Shown in pieces: positions 15,247 to 23,370 of a DNA stretch of 24,000 nt. The position numbers and the translations under genes are program-made. The stretch is from Tunturiibacter phage Tunturi_4: the sequence record PP885687.1. The stretch is one strand, 5' to 3'. Under the pieces are notes generated by a model. That model did no database searches. It was not told the DNA's origin and worked only from the letters and a program-made list of their open reading frames with translations. Numbering within the stretch: position 1 is the first letter of the stretch; each line of letters starts with the position of its first letter.

Positions 15247-16524
15247 CTACATCCTAGGCAAAGGATTGGCCGCGATCAGCCGCGCTTTAGAATCCTTGTC
15301 GAACCCCTTGAAGATGACCATGTCGGCGACATCCTTAGGGTTGAAGTCTTTGATGAGACGAGCGCCCTTGATTGATGCGCGGGGTGTGACGAGCAACTTG
15401 GGGAAGTGTTGCGCGGCATACTTGCGAACCGATTGCACCCACGTAACCCACTTCTCAGCGGCGGGGCTAGGATTGTGACCCTTGGCGATATCCCGTTCGA
15501 GCGATTCGTCATATTCCCACTGTAGGAAGACGAACCGTTCGCGGAATGCCGCGTCCATTGGGCGACGTTCAGGGAACATCGGGTTCGCGCCGTATCCGGC
15601 AGTGTTGCCAGTGGCGACTAGGACGAAGTCTTCATGCTGTGTGACCATGCCGACCGGGAATGCAGCATGACCATTTTCGAGAGCGGAGTTTAGCGCCGTC
15701 AGCAGGTTCGCCGATGCGTTATCCATTTCGTCGATGCAGAAGACGCCGCCGTCTTTGTAGCAGCGATAGAACTCGGTTTCGACGTAATCGCCGGACGCGT
15801 TCATGAATCCTAGCAGCCGCGATTCTGCCGTCTGAGCGGAGAGCGATATGTAACCGTATCCTAGGCCCAGCGCCTTCGATGCGTTATGCGCCGCCGTCGA
15901 TTTACCAGACCCCGGCGATCCCATCATGTAGACGTTTTCGCCAGCGGCTACCAGCGTCAGCAGGGTTTGAAAGTTTTCGTGCTGGCGACCGACTTCGACT
16001 GTCGTGCCGGTGCGCTTGTTATCGACTACGATCACCTTCGAGGCATTCGCCACAGCCGCTTTGATCTTTTCTTCGAGTTCAGCGGTTAGCTCCGATGCGG
16101 AGACTTTTATCTTGCCTTCGAGATGCGGCATAAGCTGCATTGCCATCCCTGCGAAGAAGTCACCCGCGCCACTGCCAGCGGGGATTGAAGCGGCGGGTTT
16201 CGCCGTTGCGGTTGTGGTCACAGGTGCGGACTCCGTCGGTATGGTTGCGGTTGTCGGTTTAGGAGCGGACTCCTGAGTGATTTCGGTGCCAGCCTTCGCC
16301 AGCTTCGCCGCGATGTAATCGGCATCATCTGGAAGGTGGGAGCAAGCGACGTGCCAAGGCGTATTCTTCAGCCCGTCCGGACGCGATCTCGCCCAGGTGA
16401 TTAGTTCAGCAGCATCCTTGTTAGCGACACCGCCATTGTTTAGCCAGCCTTTGATTGGTTTGAGACACTTGCAGCAGGTCCCGTCAAACTTAGCGCGAAA
16501 TTGCATTTTTGATTCTTCAGCCAT
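15247..16524 (-). CDS. AAA+ ATPase of the MoxR/CobS-like type with an N-terminal zinc-binding segment
   Basis: Walker A GSPGSGKST, Walker B GGVFCIDEMDNA, sensor VATGNT; N-terminal CCKCLKPIKG...WHVAC resembles a PARP-type zinc finger. Confidence 0.8.
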   Translation of the reverse strand: MAEESKMQFRAKFDGTCCKCLKPIKGWLNNGGVANKDAAELITWARSRPDGLKNTPWHVACSHLPDDADYIAAKLAKAGTEITQESAPKPTTATIPTESAPVTTTATAKPAASIPAGSGAGDFFAGMAMQLMPHLEGKIKVSASELTAELEEKIKAAVANASKVIVVDNKRTGTTVEVGRQHENFQTLLTLVAAGENVYMMGSPGSGKSTAAHNASKALGLGYGYISLSAQTAESRLLGFMNASGDYVETEFYRCYKDGGVFCIDEMDNASANLLTALNSALENGHAAFPVGMVTQHEDFVLVATGNTAGYGANPMFPERRPMDAAFRERFVFLQWEYDESLERDIAKGHNPSPAAEKWVTWVQSVRKYAAQHFPKLLVTPRASIKGARLIKDFNPKDVADMVIFKGFDKDSKARLIAANPLPRM

Positions 16525-17934
16525 TTCGATTCCCTCTCAGGTTTGAAGTTTTGATTTCTCGGCTAGGTTCGCCGCGTCAATGCACCGTTTAGCGATGCAC
16601 TCACGCGGGGAACATCTCCCCGGTTACAGGTTGGAATTGCGGGTGAGAGCGGATCGGACCTGAATCAGTCCAAGTGTGAGGATTCCGGCAATGGATGGTG
16701 CAAACAATAGGATCATTTCGTGTTCTCCGTTTAGGCGATTGATTCGCCATGTCAGCACACCACGCCTAGGTGTCAAGATGTTACGGATGTGCTCACATGG
16801 CGAACCGCTGAATCTGCACAGTATGCAGTCAGCGGTTCCGCCGATTTCGTTTGGTATTTGAGGATTGTCAGTGCTTTCGTTCTCGCTAGGATGACCCCTT
16901 ATGTTTCCGTTTCGGGCTTGTTTCTCTAGCTGTCAGCGTTACTCGCCTAACAATCGAGCATCGGTATGTTCACGATCTCACCTCTGCGGTTATCCGTCTC
17001 GGGTTCGCTTCCCTTATAGGTTTCCGTATTTGAGGCATTTTCTAAGGACCAGCAACATGCTTGCGATTCTTCCACCTAGCAGACATCAATCAAGATGCTA
17101 GGAGTGCGACCACTACGAACCGTTTTGAACCCGATGTATTCATGAGACGACTAACGCAATCCTTAGTAGAGCTTATTCTTTCTTCGGATCACTCCTCATG
17201 CTCTGTCGAAATTCCACAGTCCGACATATTGTTTCTCTGATACTTGTCTTGGCAGTGGACTACGTTCAGCTTGCGAAGCTTACTCAGCGATTCGACCCGG
17301 TAAAAGTCTTGTATCGCGTCCGCCCATTCTGCCCAAATTGTCAAAGATCCTTTGCCTTGCTATCGGCCAACCCCTAGGGGCTGTCGTCTCAGTTTGGCCC
17401 TTGCCTCACTTCGACTTTCTTACTCTACCACCATACTTTGTTCGGTGTCAAGATGTTATTTGAACCGTTTGGAGCTTGTTACTGTGTTGCCTTTGACTAG
17501 GCTTAGGCTCTGTTTGAGACTCCGTCAGGAGTAAGGCCGCCGTCTTGGTCACTTGCAACTTCTCTAGAGTAGGTCATACTTCCACTTTTAGCAAGTGTCT
17601 AGATGTAAGTATCAGTGGAAAACTCTGTATCCGCATCATTCTAAAGAGAATAAAACATCGTCTTTTCTCTGGTGTCTGTGTGTTCACTCCGTCCTAGCTG
17701 CCTTGAAAGTAGTGTTTTAGAGCACGTATTCACACACACTAGAATGCAGCTAAGTGTTTGAACACACTAGACTTACATCATCATAAATACATCGTTTTAT
17801 CGTCAATCTTGTGTGTCTGCACTCAAACTGCACAGTATGCACTCGCACTATCTGCACAGTCTGCACTCGCAAGCGTACTCAAAAGGTAGTCGTTTAGAGC
17901 GCATCGCCCAACATGCATGAATCGCCCAAAGGAA

Positions 17935-18145
17935 TAGTGCAGACACACAGACCACACACACACACAGTAGAGACCACACACACCCATAGAGCACAGACAC
18001 ACACTCACACTCCACACACCTAGCCTTCACACACAGAGAGACACACACAGACCACACCTCACACACACACACGTCGTCTCTCACGTCGTCACACACAAAG
18101 TCTAGGACGTAGTCACGTCAAAGTTAGTCCAGTGTGTTGTCTACG
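17935..18145. repeat. CA-rich low-complexity tract, partly complementary to the GT-rich tandem array
   Basis: Dense (CA)n / cacacag / agacacacacagac runs on the plus strand; the array at 18226-18296 is GT-rich on the same strand. Confidence 0.85.
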
Positions 18146-18225
18146 TGCATATTCCTAGTGTTTACGTCGTCTCACACCTAGTCACACACCTAGTTCATAC
18201 GTCGTTACACACCTAGTGAGCATGT

Positions 18226-18296
18226 TGTGTGTGTCTGTGTGTGTCTGTGTGTGTCTGTGTGTGTCTGTGTGTGTCTGTGTGTGTCTGTGTGTGTCT
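18226..18296. repeat. Exact 10-bp tandem repeat (GTGTCTGTGT), about 7 units
   Basis: gtgtctgtgt recurs with no change in six consecutive 10-bp blocks from 18231, plus a partial unit on each side. Confidence 0.95.
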
Positions 18297-18896
18297 CTAC
18301 GTGCATACCGCGTCTAATCCTAGTCATTTACACCTAGACACCTAGTCGAGACTTTGTCTCATACATCGTCATGACTATGTAAGTGTCTTTGTTATGAGCG
18401 TGTTACGTCGTCATGAGAGCGCATTACTAGGAATTGACTAGGTTTTAGACGAAGATTCACACGCAGTCTAGGATCTAAGTTGTTGCTACGTCTAGACTTA
18501 GCTATGCATGGTAGGGCACGTCGTCGATCCTAGTCCTCGCGTCGGTGTCGCACAAGTTCTACGTCGTTATTACCTTGTCTACAGGTTGTTTGGGACAGGG
18601 GATGGCCTCCCTCCACACACAGTAGAGACGTCGAAGGGCCATGTCGAGACCCTGAGTTCGAGGTCAGTACGGAGCCGAGTACGGGGATCTGCCTCCTGTG
18701 TGTGTCTAGGAGACCTCTTCCCTCTACTGTGTGTGAGTCTAGTAGTCTTGGGCGGATGTCCTAGAGGGCCGATAAACACTAGAGATTAGGATTTCTACAG
18801 GTAGGGGTGGCGCTCGGGAAGATGCACTAGATCTAGGGGCAGAATACTAGGTACGACCGGGTCGGTACGGGGGCCTCGGGAGGCAGAAACACGAAC

Positions 18897-19235
18897 CTAG
18901 TCGCCTTCCTTGATGTCGATCAACCCTAGGAGCGCGTCGAGCTTCACTTCCATCCGGACTTCGCGCTCGTGTCGCAACTGGGAGGTGACCTTACGGCGTT
19001 CCCAAGCTCTCCACATGAACGGACCCACGATGAGGAAGAAGGCTATGACCTCATAGTCTCGACGACTCCACTTGTCAACGATCACGAGGTCCACAAAGGC
19101 AAAGAGAGTGACGAACATGGCGGTGGATATCCCGTAGCGCCAAATGCTCTCCTCGCCCCTGATGAGCTCGCGCTCTTCTCGGAGGTCTTCATCTATATAT
19201 TTCGACAAACTTCTCGGCCTCTTGAAAGGTGTCAT
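18897..19235 (-). CDS. Small membrane protein with two predicted helices
   Basis: YGISTAMFVTLFAFVDLVIV and VIAFFLIVGPFMWRAW segments; charged N- and C-termini. Confidence 0.65.
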   Translation of the reverse strand: MTPFKRPRSLSKYIDEDLREERELIRGEESIWRYGISTAMFVTLFAFVDLVIVDKWSRRDYEVIAFFLIVGPFMWRAWERRKVTSQLRHEREVRMEVKLDALLGLIDIKEGD

Positions 19236-19273
19236 GGGCGGAATTGTACTAGCTGAAATTTTTAGAGGTGCCT

Positions 19274-19498
19274 CTAGGAGTTGTCTACAGGTATCCGGTC
19301 TCTCTTCATGTGTGTGATGGCCCCGGCCACATGAGTTTTGAGCACCCGGAGCATCTCTTGGATCGAGGCGAGGACGTTGAGGTCGTCTTCGGACAGAGTC
19401 TCGTCGTCTGTGTCCCTGATCGTGACCTCGATTGAGTAAATGTCGTCGTCGATACCCTTCGAGACCTCGTTCAGCAGCGCGATTCCTCTGTGTGGCAT
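19274..19498 (-). CDS. Hypothetical 74-aa protein
   Basis: Packed leftward ORF with AGGAGAGG upstream. Confidence 0.65.
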   Translation of the reverse strand: MPHRGIALLNEVSKGIDDDIYSIEVTIRDTDDETLSEDDLNVLASIQEMLRVLKTHVAGAITHMKRDRIPVDNS

Positions 19499-19522
19499 GG
19501 TTTGACCTCTCCTAGGACGAGT

Positions 19523-19990
19523 TTACTCATCCTCCAGCTCCTCGATACGCTCGGCGGCGGACTGCCAGGACACGTGCTGCTCATTGCTGAGGGTCTCTAG
19601 GACATCGAAGAGCTCTTTGGGCGCACCTTGAGCTGTCAGATGTTTCCTAAGGGTGTCGATGTCGTCGTCTAGACGCTGAAGATGATCGCGTTGGATGATC
19701 TCGATGCGCTCGGACAGCGTGGAGGCGTTGGTTGCTCGCGCCGGAGTCCTAGGAGCTATGCGCTGTACCCACTCCAGCGTATCAACGTCCACTCGGAAGC
19801 GCGTTAGGTATGTCCCCGGCAGTTCGACGTCAACAGACTTCTCAGATCGGACGCTCGTAATCTTCCACTCGAACTCAGATCGAGGGATTCTCACTCTGTC
19901 ACCTACCTGCGGAGGGATTGGCTTGACTGGTGGCGGATCTGCGCTGAGGGGCAGCGTGGTTTGGTCCGGCTTCTTTCGCGTCTTAGCCAT
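19523..19990 (-). CDS. Hypothetical 155-aa protein with coiled-coil-like C-terminus
   Basis: ORF in array with heptad-like ERIEIIQRDHLQRLDDDIDTLRKHL. Confidence 0.65.
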   Translation of the reverse strand: MAKTRKKPDQTTLPLSADPPPVKPIPPQVGDRVRIPRSEFEWKITSVRSEKSVDVELPGTYLTRFRVDVDTLEWVQRIAPRTPARATNASTLSERIEIIQRDHLQRLDDDIDTLRKHLTAQGAPKELFDVLETLSNEQHVSWQSAAERIEELEDE

Positions 19991-20017
19991 TGAATACGCC
20001 CCTAGGATTTCTATCTT
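19990..20017 (+). promoter_or_regulatory. Possible rightward promoter TTGAAT-16-TATCTT
   Basis: Hexamers upstream of the lone plus-strand membrane protein gene. Confidence 0.35.
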
Positions 20018-20054
20018 ACGGGTTCATACCGTGCGGGTTACACTTTACCCACCC

Positions 20055-20747
20055 ATGCAGAGAATAGATAAGCCAAAGCATTCCACCTTCTCCACTTTAG
20101 AGATGTACCGCGACGATCTCGATGAGGTACTAAGGCTGTTTCAGAAAACCTGTGTAGGGATTGAGATTTCGGATGGCGACAATACCTACACTTCTTTCGA
20201 CGACATGAAGAGTCATATTGGGAACAAAGTCAAGAAACTCACTATTGAGTCGGCTGGACCATCGGTTTTCTTGCACGTCGGCAGGGTCGAGTACACCCCA
20301 ACTTCGTTCGGTCGGAGGAAGACGCTTTTCAACGAGCTGTCCACCATAGATCCCCACGACGAAGAGGCCGAAATCCTCTTCTACAAGGTGAAGGATCTGT
20401 TAGAGAGGCGGCAGAGGCGGATTGCCCGAGCGTTTTTAGTAATCGCTGCTCTTTTACCGTTACTCGTCGGTGTCGCATTGGTTTGTTGGCGCATCGCCCA
20501 CGGCTATCGAGCACCTGTGCCCGTCTGGGGTCTTCTGGCGTTTCTTGGGGCAGTCCTTGCTTCGCTGGCCCTGTTTCTCTTTGGTCTTCCGCTGACCAAC
20601 GTGATTTACCTAAGCACAAGAGCAGACTCGCCGTCCTTCTGGGAGAGAAATCAAACAATTCTCGTCGGTAGCGTAGCTGGAGCGGTCGTCGGCTCTATTC
20701 TGACTGCCGTCATAGCCTATCTAATGCAAATTGCTAGGGGTAAGTAA
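20055..20747 (+). CDS. Membrane protein with a soluble N-terminal domain and probably three transmembrane helices (230 aa)
   Basis: MQRIDKPKHSTFSTLEMY... is the plausible start within the longer 19695-20747 ORF; C-terminal hydrophobic helices. Confidence 0.6.
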   Translation: MQRIDKPKHSTFSTLEMYRDDLDEVLRLFQKTCVGIEISDGDNTYTSFDDMKSHIGNKVKKLTIESAGPSVFLHVGRVEYTPTSFGRRKTLFNELSTIDPHDEEAEILFYKVKDLLERRQRRIARAFLVIAALLPLLVGVALVCWRIAHGYRAPVPVWGLLAFLGAVLASLALFLFGLPLTNVIYLSTRADSPSFWERNQTILVGSVAGAVVGSILTAVIAYLMQIARGK

Positions 20748-20760
20748 CCGATCTCAGACC

Positions 20761-20796
20761 AAAAAATCGACCCCAGAGGATCTCTCCTAAGGGGTC
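20761..20796 (-). terminator. Leftward rho-independent terminator
   Basis: Minus strand reads GACCCC-ttaggagagatcctct-GGGGTC-GATTTTTT: a 6-bp outer stem followed by a T-run. Confidence 0.65.
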
Positions 20797-20832
20797 ATTT
20801 GCCTTGGTTCTTCTGGTTTGTGATCTGCGTCT

Positions 20833-20861
20833 AGGTTACAACCGTGTAAAGTTGGTGTCAA
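20833..20861 (-). promoter_or_regulatory. Sigma70-like promoter TTGACA-17-TAACCT
   Basis: Minus strand reads TTGACACCAACTTTACACGGTTGTAACCT. It sits upstream of the leftward terminator and has no evident CDS. Confidence 0.5.
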
Positions 20862-20884
20862 GACACCTGTTTTTAGTGTGTGGG

Positions 20885-21349
20885 CTATGCGGCGGCTTTG
20901 CCGTGCCAGTGTTCGGACAGTGCTTCCCACGCCGCCCGGTCCTCTTCCACCTTCTTATCGACGGCGGATTTGATCTCGCGCTGGATGAAGGGCAGAAGTT
21001 CTGCGGTCAGGGACAGGACATGGTTGAAGCTCAGCATCTCATTCCACCTACCCCCGTTATCGTATTGGTACTTGGAGAGGAGTCCGACGAGGAGGTCTCG
21101 GAGGGTGTCGTTAGGTGCGTCGGCTAGGACGTAGTGCTGGTCGATGTAGCTCGGTGCCAGGGGCCACACGATCTTAGTCAGCGGATCGTATGCGACGTAG
21201 TCACCGGCCTCGGCTTGGACGTCGCCGCGATCTGTCTTGGTGACGAAGGGCTCGTTCCTCTGGAGGACGAAGACGGGGTTGGGCTTCTTGGTCATGGCGA
21301 CGCCTAGGCGCTGAAGGGTCTCGCCGTCGGCTGAGGTGAAAATTCTCAT
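20885..21349 (-). CDS. Hypothetical 154-aa protein
   Basis: Long leftward ORF. Confidence 0.7.
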   Translation of the reverse strand: MRIFTSADGETLQRLGVAMTKKPNPVFVLQRNEPFVTKTDRGDVQAEAGDYVAYDPLTKIVWPLAPSYIDQHYVLADAPNDTLRDLLVGLLSKYQYDNGGRWNEMLSFNHVLSLTAELLPFIQREIKSAVDKKVEEDRAAWEALSEHWHGKAAA

Positions 21350-21362
21350 CGTGTGTTGCCTT

Positions 21363-21809
21363 TCATATCTGCATAGTGTGCAGTCGGGTTCCCTGCAACA
21401 CCATGTCGGTTTGTTCGAGCTGCTCTTCTAGCTCGGTGATCTTGGCTTCGGCCTTTTCGAGACGGCCTAGGGTTTGTGTGTGGGCATCGACTAGGTTGTT
21501 GACTATGGAGACGAGCTTCCTTACGTCAGTCCAGTTGCTCAGGGAGTGGTCAGGCTTCAGCTTTTCGAGAGGGGGAGCCTCTACCGGCTTCTCCTCCTTG
21601 GCCTTGGGCTTCCACCCGCAACGGTAGCGGACAGTGCCGTCGTCGTAGATAGTGGCGATAGCCGCCCCTTCCTCCATGATGGTGACGCTGTTGGAGTAGG
21701 GGTCGAGGCAAACTCTCCTTAGCTTGCCAGAGTCACCGAAGTTCTCACCGAACTCTGTCAGAATCCGGACTTGGTCCTGAGTGGACATGCTGTTTGTGGC
21801 GACGGCCAT
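21363..21809 (-). CDS. Hypothetical 148-aa protein with coiled-coil C-terminus
   Basis: Leftward ORF with KAEAKITELEEQLEQ. Confidence 0.65.
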   Translation of the reverse strand: MAVATNSMSTQDQVRILTEFGENFGDSGKLRRVCLDPYSNSVTIMEEGAAIATIYDDGTVRYRCGWKPKAKEEKPVEAPPLEKLKPDHSLSNWTDVRKLVSIVNNLVDAHTQTLGRLEKAEAKITELEEQLEQTDMVLQGTRLHTMQI

Positions 21810-22624
21810 TACTTAGTCAGCGCCTTGAACAGTGGGCAGCTCATCAGGTGGGTGCCGGGAGAAAGCCGGGTCGCCTTTTCATTTGTACTGTGTACCTGTT
21901 GATTGCACCTGCGACACTTCACAAAGTTAGGACCCGCTTGTGTGCGAACAACGTAGTCGGTGTCTTTGAGGAACGTCTCGAAGCCAGCGATGCGACCCTC
22001 TAGGTGCTCGAAGTAGGACTCGAAGGTGTGTCCCTCAGGGACGTGAAGCGCCTCGGAGTCGCGGACGGCCTGTAGCTCGTTGGTCACAAAGTCTCTCTCG
22101 GCGTTAGCCTGGACAATGCCGTCGAATAGCTCGACGTTAGTCTCCTTCGCCTTGGCGAGCTCTGCCTTCAACCGGGCGATCTCGTCATCTCTTGTGTCCT
22201 TCTTTCCGTCCCTCTTCGTCACTTTCTTCTCCTCTTTCTTTTCCTCGTCGTTGCCACCGCCGGTCGCGGCCTCAGTCTCGGACCCTTCCGCCTCGGCGTA
22301 GTTCGTTCCGTATGCTTCGTCGTGAATCTCGTCATAGTCTTTGGCGAACGTCTCAAGAGCTTTGTCGAAGTCCTTCATCTCACCGGAGAAGCCTTCGATC
22401 TCTATCTCAGCCTCAGCGTCACCGCCGGTCAGACCTACGACGACGGCGGCGGCGGACGCCGAGTAGTCGTTGTCGTCATCCTTCATGTGGATGAGGCTCG
22501 CCAGAATGCTCTTCGCCGCCGCGTCCATTGCGAAGACTGTGTCCTTGGCAGCACTAGACACGATTTCCGCAGCGACCTTGAAACTTTCGACGGCAGGCGT
22601 CGTCTTAGAAGTAGTCGCTACCAT
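21809..22624 (-). CDS. Acidic/coiled-coil 271-aa protein with C-terminal Cys cluster
   Basis: MVATTSK start preceded by AAAGGGAATCAC; CRRCNQQVH...HLMSCPLF at the C-terminus. Confidence 0.7.
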   Translation of the reverse strand: MVATTSKTTPAVESFKVAAEIVSSAAKDTVFAMDAAAKSILASLIHMKDDDNDYSASAAAVVVGLTGGDAEAEIEIEGFSGEMKDFDKALETFAKDYDEIHDEAYGTNYAEAEGSETEAATGGGNDEEKKEEKKVTKRDGKKDTRDDEIARLKAELAKAKETNVELFDGIVQANAERDFVTNELQAVRDSEALHVPEGHTFESYFEHLEGRIAGFETFLKDTDYVVRTQAGPNFVKCRRCNQQVHSTNEKATRLSPGTHLMSCPLFKALTK

Positions 22625-23148
22625 GTGATTCCCTTTCGGATGTCTACAAGTTGAACCAGATTTTTTGTTCTCCATTCGGAGGAGAGGCAGGACACAGGTC
22701 TGTCCCACTCCATGAGGTCCGGACGGATGGGCATGTCGAGGATGTTGTTCACAGCCTTGTCAGCCTCTTTATTCTTGGCGCGAGGAATGTGGTGAAGCCA
22801 AGTCCACAGGGTTGCGCTCCGCATCTTCTGCTCGATCTCGCGCTTGATCTGATCGAGGTTGACGTCCTTCACTCTCCAGAGATTTCTCATTTGAAACACG
22901 ATGAGCTTGGAATCGCAGTAGATGTCGATGCGTCGGTCGCCAACGACCGTAGGATTTTCGAGGAGGTAGTCCACCAAAAGTTCGAGAGCGCGGTACTCCG
23001 CAACGTTATTAGTCTGAGTCCCAAGGTATTTAGCTCGGGTTATGACATGCTCGTCGTTTATCGACAAGGTGAACGCGGAGGCAGACGGGCCGGGGTTCCC
23101 GCGAGATCCTCCGTCAATGAATGCAACGACTTTGCTGATGTCTTTCAT
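22618..23148 (-). CDS. rnhA-like: Ribonuclease HI-like protein
   Basis: VVAFIDGGSRGNPGPSASAF, NNVAEYRALELLVDYL, DIYCDSKLIVFQ and PRAKNKEADKAVN match RNase H catalytic motifs. Confidence 0.9.
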   Translation of the reverse strand: MKDISKVVAFIDGGSRGNPGPSASAFTLSINDEHVITRAKYLGTQTNNVAEYRALELLVDYLLENPTVVGDRRIDIYCDSKLIVFQMRNLWRVKDVNLDQIKREIEQKMRSATLWTWLHHIPRAKNKEADKAVNNILDMPIRPDLMEWDRPVSCLSSEWRTKNLVQLVDIRKGITW

Positions 23149-23154
23149 GCTTCG

Positions 23155-23183
23155 ATATTACACCCGTTTTTATTCAGTGTCAA
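23155..23183 (-). promoter_or_regulatory. Sigma70-like promoter TTGACA-17-TAATAT
   Basis: Minus strand reads AACATCTTGACACTGAATAAAAACGGGTGTAATATCGAAG, with an exact 17-bp spacer, just upstream of the RNase H gene. Confidence 0.8.
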
Positions 23184-23370
23184 GATGTTTATCATCTTTA
23201 CGGTTTCTTTACGAATTTTCAACAATATGGATACAAAAACATCTAGCCTCTAATTCGATAGTGTCCAAACTCACAATAAAACCTGTTGACAATGCACCTG
23301 ATTTAGGCAAGACTCTACAGAACACACTAGGATTGACCCAATAAATTGAACTACTTGGAGCGGTGAAGAC

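Noticed and set aside
15886-17101. Short plus-strand ORFs over the ATPase gene and the adjacent non-coding region
   Set aside because: Sequences look like random translation; no homology-like motifs or Shine-Dalgarno sites.
17281-17310. GCGATTCGACCCGG, reverse T-loop-like sequence in the non-coding region
   Set aside because: Flanking bases do not pair as a T stem and no cloverleaf could be built.
17935-18296. CRISPR array
   Set aside because: The repeats are low complexity and contiguous, with no unique spacers and no cas genes.
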